A stretch of DNA of 64,000 nt from a virus. The DNA is taken from positions 1 to 64,000 of the IMG/VR virus record IMGVR_UViG_3300006735_000020; one strand, written 5' to 3'. Below are positions 40,699-50,704 of the stretch, piece after piece. The notes beneath the pieces were generated by a model. It was not told the DNA's origin. It worked only from the letters and a program-made list of their open reading frames with translations, and did no database searches. The first letter of the stretch is position 1, and each line of letters starts with the position of its first letter. Both the position numbers and the translations under genes were made by a program.

Positions 40699-41803
40699 TG
40701 TCTAATAAATCTTCTAATCCAATCTCATCAGGAGCTTCTTCCCCTTCTTTATTACTATATGACCACTCATCTTTAATTCTTTCTTCTAACTTAGGTAAAA
40801 TAGTTTCCTCCCAAAGCTTTTCATCTTTACGCCAATTTTTATAATATCCTAACTTTTTACCATCTTCAAGTTGATAGGTAGCTCCAGTTTGTATCACTGC
40901 TCCTACTCCAACTGCTAAGTCCACTAGTCCGTAGTACCTATCTAAACCAGTAGAGAAAGAAAGATACATTTCACCCTCTAGGTATTGTTTGATAAATCTA
41001 TTTTTACGAGTTAAAGCTCTAATAATAATACCAGAGTATTTTTTCTGACCAACAGCTAACTCACCATCAACAGTTTTACCACCATCCGATTTCATAGGCT
41101 TACGCGCTAATTGTACAGTTACTGATGGTAGATATACACATGATTTACCACCCGGCATATTTTTTTCAATAGAAGGAAACAATGCAGTAGGGTCGTCGTA
41201 TACATGGTTAGTACAGAGGATTGTAGTCTGAGTAATAGCACCTAAGTTGGTACAAGTTTGCATTAAGGTTTTCATAGCTCGAGCTTTAGTACCCATATCA
41301 GATGAAGTACTATCTTTACTCATACGACTGAGTTCAAGTTCAGATTGTAAATTAGCAAGAGAATCAATAGCTACAATAAACTTACCTTCGAGTCCCTTCT
41401 CTTTAACAGAAGTAAGAAATTTATATAGAGCGTTTCTTGCTTGTTCAATACTAGTAGTAGGTACGTATTTTACTTTACTAATATCTAAACCGAGTCTCTC
41501 TGCACCATCTGGATCAATAGCATTTTCAGTATCAAAAATAACAGGAGTAAGACCTTCTTGCTGTGCTTTAGCTAGAATTTTTTGAACAAACAATGACTTA
41601 CCGGTCATAGATTCACCAGCGAGCATAGTTACTCTACCTTTAGGAATTCCACCATTAATTGAACCAGAAATAATCGCATTTAACACATATGATCCAGTAT
41701 CAATCCATTCTCCAACATGACTAAGAGTATTATTATCGAGGTAGGTAGCAAAAGGGTTTACTTTATCTATAGCGTCTAATGCGCTAGCAATATCTTTATC
41801 CAT
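40688..41803 (-). CDS. uvsX: RecA-like recombinase UvsX
   Basis: GESMTGKS, FDTENA, IDSLANL, NHVY, PGG. Confidence 0.92.
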   Translation of the reverse strand: MDKDIASALDAIDKVNPFATYLDNNTLSHVGEWIDTGSYVLNAIISGSINGGIPKGRVTMLAGESMTGKSLFVQKILAKAQQEGLTPVIFDTENAIDPDGAERLGLDISKVKYVPTTSIEQARNALYKFLTSVKEKGLEGKFIVAIDSLANLQSELELSRMSKDSTSSDMGTKARAMKTLMQTCTNLGAITQTTILCTNHVYDDPTALFPSIEKNMPGGKSCVYLPSVTVQLARKPMKSDGGKTVDGELAVGQKKYSGIIIRALTRKNRFIKQYLEGEMYLSFSTGLDRYYGLVDLAVGVGAVIQTGATYQLEDGKKLGYYKNWRKDEKLWEETILPKLEERIKDEWSYSNKEGEEAPDEIGLEDLLDSDK

Positions 41804-41811
41804 ATATAAGA

Positions 41812-42129
41812 TTATATTTTCTTATATATGCTTTTCAACTGTTTAATTTGCTCTAATAGATGGAATACATTAGTTACTTTTATTCTATCTGTTTGTATTG
41901 TCATTGGATAGTTTAATTCTGTATCAATACGTATACCTTCTACGTCACATTCCGGTGTAACCATATCATCTACAAAGTCATATAAACCTTGACTCTTGAG
42001 ACTTTTATAGTGATAATCAATTAATGGTCTAGTTGTCTCAACTACAACGTCAGCATCAACCATCATTGTTAGATACCTAAAGTATAGCCCCTCATTTGTG
42101 GTTAAATCAGCTATAATTATAAGATTCAC
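41812..42129 (-). CDS. Hypothetical protein
   Basis: 105 aa, GTG start 5 nt after TATAAATA (42135-42142). Confidence 0.6.
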   Translation of the reverse strand: MNLIIIADLTTNEGLYFRYLTMMVDADVVVETTRPLIDYHYKSLKSQGLYDFVDDMVTPECDVEGIRIDTELNYPMTIQTDRIKVTNVFHLLEQIKQLKSIYKKI

Positions 42130-42145
42130 ACTTATATTTATAGAT

Positions 42146-42171
42146 AAAAAAAGCCCCTTTCGGGGCTTTTT
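42146..42171 (-). terminator. Intrinsic terminator, probably bidirectional
   Basis: GCCCC-GAAA-GGGGC stem-loop flanked by A/U tracts. Confidence 0.85.
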
Positions 42172-42176
42172 AAAGA

Positions 42177-42346
42177 GGTGGGTGAGAGGATTGTCTGGTT
42201 ACCTCCAACTTTCAGTTAGGCAAGATGCAGTTTCATCTTTTTACCTACTTGTACCCCGCATTATACACATAATAGTCAGTTGACCCTCCATGTAAGTCAG
42301 CAGTCCCCTTAACACTCTTGCTTAAAATGTTTATTCAGGCACACCC
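42177..42346 (-). ncRNA. Candidate structured ncRNA (~170 nt)
   Basis: Longest non-coding gap, GC-richer; GGGUG/CACCC closing stem, internal hairpins, directly followed by terminator. Confidence 0.55.
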
Positions 42347-42376
42347 GGGTTTGGGCTAGCTAAGCCCATTTAAATT

Positions 42377-42787
42377 TTAGACTGTATATGTTTTAATATA
42401 TTCTTCTTTTTTCCTACGAGGTACATCTACCTCAAGGACTCCATTGATATAAGTGAAGTTAATCTTGTTAAGATCAAACTCTCTCCCGACTGAGAACGAC
42501 CTATTATAGGTTTGTTCTTTTTCACCATCATGAGCCTTAACCTTACGTTTAGCTTTGATGTAGACCTCACGTTGGTCAGTGTCTGTCGAAAGATCTAGAT
42601 CATCTTTCGCAACTCCAGGTAAATCGATCTGCACACTTAGTGTGTCTTCGTCTGAAGAAAATCGAACTTGATCACCTGTCTTGTAAACTTCTTCCAATTG
42701 ATGAAAGACAGGTGTTAAGTTAAAAAAGCCATCAAAGGCTCTTTCGATTTCAGCAATTGGGTTATGTGTATATTTAGTTAGTTTCAT
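42377..42787 (-). CDS. hsp20: Small heat shock protein (Hsp20)
   Basis: IDLPGV, YNRSF, YINGVLEVDVP alpha-crystallin motifs. Confidence 0.88.
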   Translation of the reverse strand: MKLTKYTHNPIAEIERAFDGFFNLTPVFHQLEEVYKTGDQVRFSSDEDTLSVQIDLPGVAKDDLDLSTDTDQREVYIKAKRKVKAHDGEKEQTYNRSFSVGREFDLNKINFTYINGVLEVDVPRRKKEEYIKTYTV

Positions 42788-42827
42788 AGTAAAAGTATTT
42801 ATTACACAGTATATATTTTTTTATCAA

Positions 42828-43190
42828 TTAATCATCAAAAAGTTTAATTACTTCTGGCTCTTCTGTAGGAGCTTGCTCTTGAATGGGCGGTTGTGGGTTA
42901 TTAATGTTTTCGTACTGCGTGATAATTCTTTCATCAAGCTCGACATCAGAAGTACTAATAGAACTCTTGGTAAACGTCCAGTTGTTCTTATCTTTGTCTT
43001 TTAAGAACTCCATAAAGATATATGGAAAGGACTGTACTTGAAGTTGACCAGATTGTGGATCAGGTTGTACGTGAATAATCACAGGATTAAACAATGTAAT
43101 TGTTTTTGGATCCTCTTTAGTGACGGTACCTACAACTGTACGTCCAATATGATCAATAATAGTTTTGATTGTTGGTTTTTTGTCTGCCAT
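42828..43190 (-). CDS. Hypothetical protein (beta-rich)
   Basis: 120 aa; TGGATT-N16-TAAAAT upstream. Confidence 0.6.
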   Translation of the reverse strand: MADKKPTIKTIIDHIGRTVVGTVTKEDPKTITLFNPVIIHVQPDPQSGQLQVQSFPYIFMEFLKDKDKNNWTFTKSSISTSDVELDERIITQYENINNPQPPIQEQAPTEEPEVIKLFDD

Positions 43191-43224
43191 AATAATATTT
43201 TAAATTAAATTTTGTAAAAATCCA

Positions 43225-43542
43225 CTAACCTTTTTGATATCTTAGTGTATCTGCTACTTTAATTGCTTCATCAAGCGCTTCTTTTGCTTGCTTTGAAAGG
43301 TATGTAGATTTGTCTGATGCATGTGATAGGGCATCTCTCAGAAGAAAAACTGATCTCCTAATTTTTTCAATCTCCGGGGAGTTAATAGTTCCGGAACCAT
43401 CGTCGTTGCCGGTGATTACATCTTTTAAGATTGCTAATGTTTCTAATATACCTTGGATTTTACCTCTATTAAACGCAGGGTGTGCGTTTCGAGTATTATC
43501 ATCTTCAGGTCTGTCTGTATATCCGCCGGGTTGTAATGCCAT
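43225..43542 (-). CDS. Hypothetical protein (start revised to ATG 43542)
   Basis: TAAATA 43551-43556 lies 8 nt before ATG. Confidence 0.55.
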   Translation of the reverse strand: MALQPGGYTDRPEDDNTRNAHPAFNRGKIQGILETLAILKDVITGNDDGSGTINSPEIEKIRRSVFLLRDALSHASDKSTYLSKQAKEALDEAIKVADTLRYQKG

Positions 43543-43549
43543 AATGTTC

Positions 43550-46126
43550 TTATTTACTAAACAAGTCAAAAAGTTCTACTGTAACATTCTCAGCTGGTTT
43601 GCGAATATTCCAACCCACACAATCATAAAATCTTTCGATACCTTGAAACAAAATCTTTTCAAACATTTTATCATAATCAATCTTAAACGTATCTTTAAAC
43701 TCAGAAGGGTAAGCATACTTAAAGCCGATACTATCCAATCCGTATTTATTGGGTTTTTCGACATACATATAACGAACTTTATCACCCGAACCTAACGATT
43801 CATACTTGTTTCCTGTATTAAGCTTATCTAAAAGTAGATTATAAAAATATGCAGACTTAACATGTATTGGCATACTTTTCACAGTATTAAATTCGTTACA
43901 ATCTACAGCATACTTCTCGTAACCCTTTACTCCCATAACAAACGCAAGTTCTTCCGGAGATAAACCTTTAAATATATCATACGTCTCGTTGAGTATCTTA
44001 TTAGTTTCAGTCAAAGACTGTGTACTTAACATAGTCTCAATAATTTTTTTAGCATACGGCTTAATAGCATTAGGCATAGTAGTTCGAACTACTTCAACTC
44101 CTGTATATTTAAATTTATTTTCCTTAATACCCTCATCATCAAGGATATGCATAACGTATCTTTTCTTTTGCAAAAAGACGCCTACATCCGCTATACATTC
44201 TCGCTTAAACACAAACCTACTATCTTTTGATAGTAGGGATTTTTTAGCCCAATTCTGTACACCTTCATTTAAATAGTCCTCAATCTCTTGAATCTTATCA
44301 TGTGTATCTTGATGTACATCATCTCCATCTAAAAAGTTTAAACCCTTGCTAACAAGAGGAGTAATAGAAACATACGACGAGTCCGTATCATTGTATACAA
44401 TACACTCTTCAAGCTCATTATCAGAGATATCTGGAATCTCTTTTTTGATAAATTGCTTGATAAGCTCATTTGAATATTTAATGACAGCTTGCCCGGTAAG
44501 CGTAACAGAAGATGCGATATCATCATCACCAATAGGAGCATTCTTATTACCCATGTAACCATAACACGAATTAATAAGAATCTTAATAACCATTTGTGAT
44601 GTATTCAGTCTCTCTACTTCATACTTCGCGCTAGTATATTCTGCAGAATCTTTTTTAAGTTTCTTAAGTTTTGTCTTAGCTTTAAAGAGGTCTTTCTTAA
44701 TTTTAACACGTTGATTATAATAATGCTCTAGAAACTCTGGTATAATACCTTTCTTCTTTTGAGTAAAAAGGAACCCAGCTTTAGACAGTGCACACTCTTC
44801 ATCTTTTAGGAACTTTACAAAAGCAGGCTTATCAAGTTCAAACACTTTACCTGTTACATGCTGTATAATAACCTTATCATCTGTGGTCTTCTCTACTCTA
44901 CCTACTTTAGTTTCTGGTGAAGTATTCAAAGATATCATCACATTAGGATATAGAGAATTAGCATCAAACGACACAACATGATTTTTAAAACCTTGCTTAG
45001 GTTCTGCAACATACGCGCCCGGATTTTTACCGGTATCAGCATTACGTAAAAATGTAGCAATAACCTCACCTCGACGCCTTGCTTTAATGCAAAGAGCACC
45101 GTTAATCACCTGAATAGTTCCCATTGCTCCCTCAAGAGTCGTTAACCCAACATATGAGAGCATTCTCAATAAAGGAACATATTGAAGCTTTTCTTCTAGT
45201 CTTACTAAAAGGTTAACGTCTTGAATGTTGTAGTCAATAAACGTATCCCAGTCTTCATCAGATAAAGTTGCAAGGTTAGTATCACCGTAATCAATCTTTC
45301 GTTGACCGAGCTCAACTTCACCAATTGCATCCAACTTATAAGACTCACGAAGCTTTAAACAAAACCGTCTATATACATCGAGATAATCTAAACAAGCAAT
45401 ACCATCAATATAGTATCTTTTTAGATCACGCCCAAACTTACCCTTTACAGCTCTAAAATGTACTCTACCTAGAGGAGATAATCTATCAACATAATCTTGC
45501 CCAAGTATACGTTCAATTCGATTAATAATATAAGGTATATCAAAGAATTCAGAGTTCCAACCACTTAAGATATCCGGGTAGTCGCTTTCAAGATATTCAA
45601 TGAACCGGATAAACATTTCACGTTCATCTCTACAATGAACATAGTTTAAATTATCAGCACCTTTACCATTATATGGTTTAATACCAAATGTATGAAACTT
45701 TTTACTAAAGTTATCATAACAAGTTATAACGTTTACAACATGAGTTGGGTCTTCTGGGTTAGGAAACGAATCTGGTGAATATGTCTCAATATCAAGTAAA
45801 CACGTCTTAAGCGGGTTAGTACTAAATTCCGGTTCTTCGTTTTGCTGCCAGTATAAATCAAGCAAGAATTGCTGAACGGGCGGCATATTTTCAAATACAC
45901 GCTTTATGTTTGAGTCACGAACAAATCTAGATCGGTCAAAACTAGTATTAAATTTACGTTTTGATACCTTAGTCCCGTAGATAGATGTTTTATCACCGGC
46001 AGTATTTTCAACATAGAGATAAGGCTCAAAAGAGCATTCGTGCATTACACGCTTACCATCTTTATCCCAAGTAAATAAATTTACACAACGGTTTCTACCG
46101 TTATAAACAACATTACGATACGACAT
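43550..46126 (-). CDS. gp43: Family B DNA polymerase
   Basis: Exonuclease DIET, GWNSEFFDIPY, YNIQD; polymerase DANSLYP, KILINSCYG, YNDTDS, KKRY. Confidence 0.96.
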   Translation of the reverse strand: MSYRNVVYNGRNRCVNLFTWDKDGKRVMHECSFEPYLYVENTAGDKTSIYGTKVSKRKFNTSFDRSRFVRDSNIKRVFENMPPVQQFLLDLYWQQNEEPEFSTNPLKTCLLDIETYSPDSFPNPEDPTHVVNVITCYDNFSKKFHTFGIKPYNGKGADNLNYVHCRDEREMFIRFIEYLESDYPDILSGWNSEFFDIPYIINRIERILGQDYVDRLSPLGRVHFRAVKGKFGRDLKRYYIDGIACLDYLDVYRRFCLKLRESYKLDAIGEVELGQRKIDYGDTNLATLSDEDWDTFIDYNIQDVNLLVRLEEKLQYVPLLRMLSYVGLTTLEGAMGTIQVINGALCIKARRRGEVIATFLRNADTGKNPGAYVAEPKQGFKNHVVSFDANSLYPNVMISLNTSPETKVGRVEKTTDDKVIIQHVTGKVFELDKPAFVKFLKDEECALSKAGFLFTQKKKGIIPEFLEHYYNQRVKIKKDLFKAKTKLKKLKKDSAEYTSAKYEVERLNTSQMVIKILINSCYGYMGNKNAPIGDDDIASSVTLTGQAVIKYSNELIKQFIKKEIPDISDNELEECIVYNDTDSSYVSITPLVSKGLNFLDGDDVHQDTHDKIQEIEDYLNEGVQNWAKKSLLSKDSRFVFKRECIADVGVFLQKKRYVMHILDDEGIKENKFKYTGVEVVRTTMPNAIKPYAKKIIETMLSTQSLTETNKILNETYDIFKGLSPEELAFVMGVKGYEKYAVDCNEFNTVKSMPIHVKSAYFYNLLLDKLNTGNKYESLGSGDKVRYMYVEKPNKYGLDSIGFKYAYPSEFKDTFKIDYDKMFEKILFQGIERFYDCVGWNIRKPAENVTVELFDLFSK

Positions 46127-46152
46127 CTACTACTATTATAATAGCATAGTTC

Positions 46153-47385
46153 CTAATTCCACTCTCTTAGGTATCGTCTTTCGGAACTTCCGTATGGTGT
46201 ATTCAGAGCTTCAAGATGAGCTCCAATATTAGGATCTAATTCAAGTATTCTCGCTTCACCTATTTTTCGAAGCTTATGTACATTTTGCATGTACTTATTC
46301 TTTTTATTTGGCCTTAGAATACGTTCTATTTTATCTTCGAATTCTTCTACCGAGCTAAATTTTAGGTTACTTGGAGCGTTACTATATGTTTCCATATCTT
46401 GACATAAACAAGGTATACCAAGTATACACCCCTCTATATACTTAATATCAGATTTTGATCGATTAAAATCATTAACTTGTAAAGGTGCTACCATTAATTG
46501 CGCTCTTAAGCTATTAATAAAGTATGGATATCTTAATAAAGTTTGCCAATTATAAAATTCAATTTTTTGCTGCTGTACTAAATCTGCTAGTTGTGGAGGA
46601 AAAGCACCAACGAAAATCCATTGATATTTATCAACGGTTTTTCTTATAAAGTCGCGTACTTCAGATAAATCATCCTTACCACCAGTTTTATTATCTACAT
46701 CATAATGGGCTCCGGAGCCTGTATATAGTATACGAGGCTTCTTTTTATTTTGATCGTAGTTTCTCTCTATCTCTCTCGGATTAAAAAGCTGACCCATCCA
46801 ACCATGTGGTATAAAGTTTGGAATAACAGTAATATTTTGCTGACCAGTTTTTTCTTGATAAAGCTTTCTCATGAAGTCACAAGTTACGGTAACTTCGTCA
46901 ACTAAATTAATTATATCGACACAATTTTGTCGAACTTCCTCTGTATCAAATGCAAATTTAAATTTATTATAATCAGGAATCACTTCCTTAAATACAACAT
47001 CATCAACTTCATATATTATTTTAAAGCCATATTCTTGCTGAACCTGTTTTAAATATTTAACAAACTCGAGTTGATGCTTCGACGCTTGTCGTTGTAGCTT
47101 TACTGCCTTTACCCCTTGATACCATTTCGGATCAGCAACCATAGCTGTGGTAGATTGAGACATACCATCACCTCTTGCATTAATTACTGCTTCAGGCCAA
47201 AGTATTCGCCAATGTCCACATCCAGAATAGTCTGCTAAATAATTAACATACCTAGGCATATCTGCTTCCGCAGGTTTATTTGCATCCGGCGTTAATGATA
47301 CACCAGGCATTTGTGCTTGTTGACCTACTACTGGAGCAGCAACCGGTGCTACCATTGGCTGCGGATAAGGAGACGGAGTAATCAT
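46153..47385 (-). CDS. Glycosyltransferase, GT-B-like
   Basis: DYSGCGHWR, YEVDD, VIPNF, APL...FNRSKSDIKYIE. Confidence 0.75.
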   Translation of the reverse strand: MITPSPYPQPMVAPVAAPVVGQQAQMPGVSLTPDANKPAEADMPRYVNYLADYSGCGHWRILWPEAVINARGDGMSQSTTAMVADPKWYQGVKAVKLQRQASKHQLEFVKYLKQVQQEYGFKIIYEVDDVVFKEVIPDYNKFKFAFDTEEVRQNCVDIINLVDEVTVTCDFMRKLYQEKTGQQNITVIPNFIPHGWMGQLFNPREIERNYDQNKKKPRILYTGSGAHYDVDNKTGGKDDLSEVRDFIRKTVDKYQWIFVGAFPPQLADLVQQQKIEFYNWQTLLRYPYFINSLRAQLMVAPLQVNDFNRSKSDIKYIEGCILGIPCLCQDMETYSNAPSNLKFSSVEEFEDKIERILRPNKKNKYMQNVHKLRKIGEARILELDPNIGAHLEALNTPYGSSERRYLREWN

Positions 47386-47399
47386 TATATTTATATAGG

Positions 47400-49205
47400 T
47401 TAAAGTTCCGTATAATCTACCCTCTTAGTAATACCATTCTTTTTCTCAAGATATATTACATCACCAGTTACAGCTTTAATTGACTCTTTACGATGTGAAA
47501 TAACTATCGAACATTCATCAAGTTCTTCAACTCTATCTTGTAGTATGCTTGTAATTAATTCGATACCTTTTTCATCAAACGATGAGTCAAACAACTCATC
47601 ATAGATTGCAATATTATACTGTACCCCGCCTTGCAGTCTACGTATATCTGAAAAGGTAAATAGGCATGCTAAGTCAATTGATTTACGTTCAGCACCTGAG
47701 AAGTTAAAATAGGAACATACTTTATTTTTTTCATTAAGGATTTCTTCCTCAAAATATTCATTAAAAATACAAATTGAGTTTGAATCCAATCTTTTAAGAT
47801 AATGTAGAAGTTTACTATTTAAAAGTTCCAATAACTTATTAACAATATAAGATTTTACACCTTCCTCTGAAACTACATACTTAACAATATCAAGCTTAGC
47901 TAATTCATCTCTATATTCTTCAACTCTACCTTGAAGTTTATCAACACGCTTCTTAGTTTCAACAATAAGAGAATCAAAGTCAGTCTCTGTGGACTCTATC
48001 GCCTCTAAGTCACCTTCTAACTCTTCTTGCCACTTATCCAACTGCTCAATTCGTTGTTCAATATTCCTCTTATTTTGTTCTTGTAGCCTTGCTTCAGATA
48101 TCTTGTTTTGACACTGACTTATAGCTCTCGTAAATCTGTCTTTTCTTACTCTTAATTCCTTAAGTCCATCAGAGTAGTTTTTAATATTGTCAATCGCCTC
48201 GTGAATATACTCTTTGAGGTTTTCCTTCTCTTTAGCTATTAACTCTGCATCGTGTTCTTCCATAGGTCGAAGACATACCGGGCATTTTTCTTCTTCTGTA
48301 CCCATCTTTTTATATCTTTCCTTTCTTTCTGCAGCTAAAGCTTTATTACGAGCAACAGCTTCTAAATTACTTTCGATCCTTATATCTTGATCTAAAACAG
48401 CCTCTTCAAGAGAAGATATTTGATTTTGTATCTTACTAATATCTACTTCTTCGACTTCGTTGAGTTCGTTTTCGAGCTTTTCTTTTTCTTCGGTATTATC
48501 TTCTTGACGACCAAGGTACTTTTTTCTTTTTTCATTTCTTGTTTGAAGGATTCTTTGTTTTTGGTCTTCATAATTTTTATATGCTTTATCAATCTCTTCT
48601 AACTTAGTTAACTGCGTATCGTGCTCTTTCGAAATTTCATTATACTCTGTACGTAGCATCGTTAACATTGTACTAAAGATTTCCATACCAAAAATATCCT
48701 CAATAAACTTTCGTTTTTCAATTTTATTTTTAGCCATAAAAGGAACTGCATTGTTTACGGTCATAATAACACAGTTTTGAAATATAGAAGGTGAAGCGCT
48801 TAACACACTGTTAATATAAGCAGTTGTATTTTTAATACTATCACGAGTCCTATCAACTCCATCCTTAAAAATTAAAACCTTCGAAGGGGATAGTGTACGA
48901 ATAATTTTATAACTGTTTGTGCCTTTAGGTGAATCTAATTCAAAGTCTAGTTCAATGTGAGTCTTACCGTTTGTTAAATTATTCGGTATAAGATCTTTCT
49001 TAAGCTCGCGTAACGTCTCGCCGAATATAGCAAAATATAAAGCATCTGCTATAGTACTCTTACCAATAGCATTTCTACGATCTGGCTTGTCTTTATTTTT
49101 ACCGGTGATGACATGAAGACCCTTACTAAACTCAACAGTTACAGGTTCTTCACCGACAGATAAAAAATTTACTATACTAAGCTTTTTAAAGTTTACTTTT
49201 TTCAT
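47400..49205 (-). CDS. gp46: Recombination endonuclease ATPase subunit (SbcC/Rad50-like)
   Basis: NFLSVG, NAIGKST, CPVC hook, FSGAE, YDELFDSSFD, ISH. Confidence 0.93.
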   Translation of the reverse strand: MKKVNFKKLSIVNFLSVGEEPVTVEFSKGLHVITGKNKDKPDRRNAIGKSTIADALYFAIFGETLRELKKDLIPNNLTNGKTHIELDFELDSPKGTNSYKIIRTLSPSKVLIFKDGVDRTRDSIKNTTAYINSVLSASPSIFQNCVIMTVNNAVPFMAKNKIEKRKFIEDIFGMEIFSTMLTMLRTEYNEISKEHDTQLTKLEEIDKAYKNYEDQKQRILQTRNEKRKKYLGRQEDNTEEKEKLENELNEVEEVDISKIQNQISSLEEAVLDQDIRIESNLEAVARNKALAAERKERYKKMGTEEEKCPVCLRPMEEHDAELIAKEKENLKEYIHEAIDNIKNYSDGLKELRVRKDRFTRAISQCQNKISEARLQEQNKRNIEQRIEQLDKWQEELEGDLEAIESTETDFDSLIVETKKRVDKLQGRVEEYRDELAKLDIVKYVVSEEGVKSYIVNKLLELLNSKLLHYLKRLDSNSICIFNEYFEEEILNEKNKVCSYFNFSGAERKSIDLACLFTFSDIRRLQGGVQYNIAIYDELFDSSFDEKGIELITSILQDRVEELDECSIVISHRKESIKAVTGDVIYLEKKNGITKRVDYTEL

Positions 49206-50235
49206 ATAAGCCGAGAGTGTATTTTATTATCTCTTTTTTATTCTTAATTTCAAGCAAGTTTACAAACTCTTCAATAGCTTGTGGTATATCAATGCCTGAA
49301 AGATCTTCCTTATCTTCGGTATCGTCTAAAAGTCTGTTAAAGTTAATATCATAATCAACTGTTAACACTTCAGGTTTCAGAAGTGTTAATTTTTTAATCA
49401 ATATATCCATATCAGCTTGTGATATATTCATATCGACTTTTAGCTTCGCAATATTACCAGCAAAACTATCTATTACCTCTCGTGTAATATTACCCTCTCT
49501 TACTAATTCACTAAGTGATATTTTTTTATACGACGGTGATATAGTATTAACGGTAAACTCATACTCTAGGGTATCTAAATCTAGTACATAATAGCCTTTA
49601 TCATTACCAGCATCTCCAAAATCCATTTGAAAGGGATTACCAACATACAGTACCGTTCCTTTACCAAATTTTTTCTCATGTCTAGTATGAAAATGCCCGG
49701 AAATAACTAACGAACTTTTCTTTAATAAGTCTTTAACCTTTAATCCCTCTTCACAAACTTTATAAGAGTTCATCTTGAAGGTTTCTATCTCAAAGTGACC
49801 GAAGATAACATCACTTTTTGGTATGTCACTTACTTTTGTGTTCCATGGACAAAGAGTAATTGTACGATCAAAAGCTTCAATCGTGTCGAAAGTATCTAAA
49901 ATTGTAACATTTTGTCTTTTCTTAAAGATAGACAATGAATTAACATCTGTTCTATGCTTGTAGTAAATATCATGATTACCAGTGATCGCTATAATATTGA
50001 AATCACATAATATATCTAAAATATCTGCAGATACTTGCAGAGTACTAACTGATATCTCACTTCTGTTGTGATGCCAATCACCGCAAAAGATTATATCTTT
50101 GATATTTTTTCTCTTACACTCGTCCTTAAACCAATGAGCCCATTCTACAGCATAATTATGCCAGTCTGAACTATTTGTATGAACACCTAAGTGAAGATCT
50201 GAAAAAATAGCAACTCTAGGCTTACTAATCTTCAA
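49186..50235 (-). CDS. gp47: Recombination endonuclease nuclease subunit (SbcD/Mre11-like)
   Basis: SDLHLG, GDWHH, GNHD, GHFH. Confidence 0.93.
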   Translation of the reverse strand: MKISKPRVAIFSDLHLGVHTNSSDWHNYAVEWAHWFKDECKRKNIKDIIFCGDWHHNRSEISVSTLQVSADILDILCDFNIIAITGNHDIYYKHRTDVNSLSIFKKRQNVTILDTFDTIEAFDRTITLCPWNTKVSDIPKSDVIFGHFEIETFKMNSYKVCEEGLKVKDLLKKSSLVISGHFHTRHEKKFGKGTVLYVGNPFQMDFGDAGNDKGYYVLDLDTLEYEFTVNTISPSYKKISLSELVREGNITREVIDSFAGNIAKLKVDMNISQADMDILIKKLTLLKPEVLTVDYDINFNRLLDDTEDKEDLSGIDIPQAIEEFVNLLEIKNKKEIIKYTLGLYEKSKL

Positions 50236-50680
50236 AAGAATTTTCTTCGTCGGGTGGTTTTACATAAACGTGTCCGTGTGTATTATCCGGATTTGACATA
50301 TAGTCCTCATAAACTCGTTCTCTATATTTTGTAACAGCTTCATGGTGCTTCTTTTCCTTTTTTATTCTATTAATAAACGCGTGGTATGCAATAGTAGTAA
50401 AATAAGAGAAAGGATTTGTAGCTTTTTCGAAGTTAAACTTTTTATGTTTTAATGCTGAATACATTTTAATAAGAGCATCACCTATCATATCGTCTTTATA
50501 CGTATAATTGATAAATGATCCATTATAACTTAAACCATAAGCAATCTTCTTAATATTTTCTGCCAAATCATCCGTTAGAATATCTGTATCATAATATTTT
50601 TGTAGCGATGCTTTAAAGACCTTTGGCTCTATGTAATATGGTTTCTTTTCTTTTTTCGGTTTTTTCTCTTTTCCGGCCAT
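50225..50680 (-). CDS. gp55: Late-transcription sigma factor
   Basis: FINYTYKDDMIGDA, NPFSYFTTIAYHAFINRIKKEKK. Confidence 0.92.
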   Translation of the reverse strand: MAGKEKKPKKEKKPYYIEPKVFKASLQKYYDTDILTDDLAENIKKIAYGLSYNGSFINYTYKDDMIGDALIKMYSALKHKKFNFEKATNPFSYFTTIAYHAFINRIKKEKKHHEAVTKYRERVYEDYMSNPDNTHGHVYVKPPDEENSFED

Positions 50681-50704
50681 TTGTTAGATTATAGTATAAA
50701 ATTT

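Noticed and set aside
42177-42346. tRNA or tmRNA gene
   Set aside because: No T-loop GTTCRA or cloverleaf, and too short for tmRNA; kept as an unclassified ncRNA candidate
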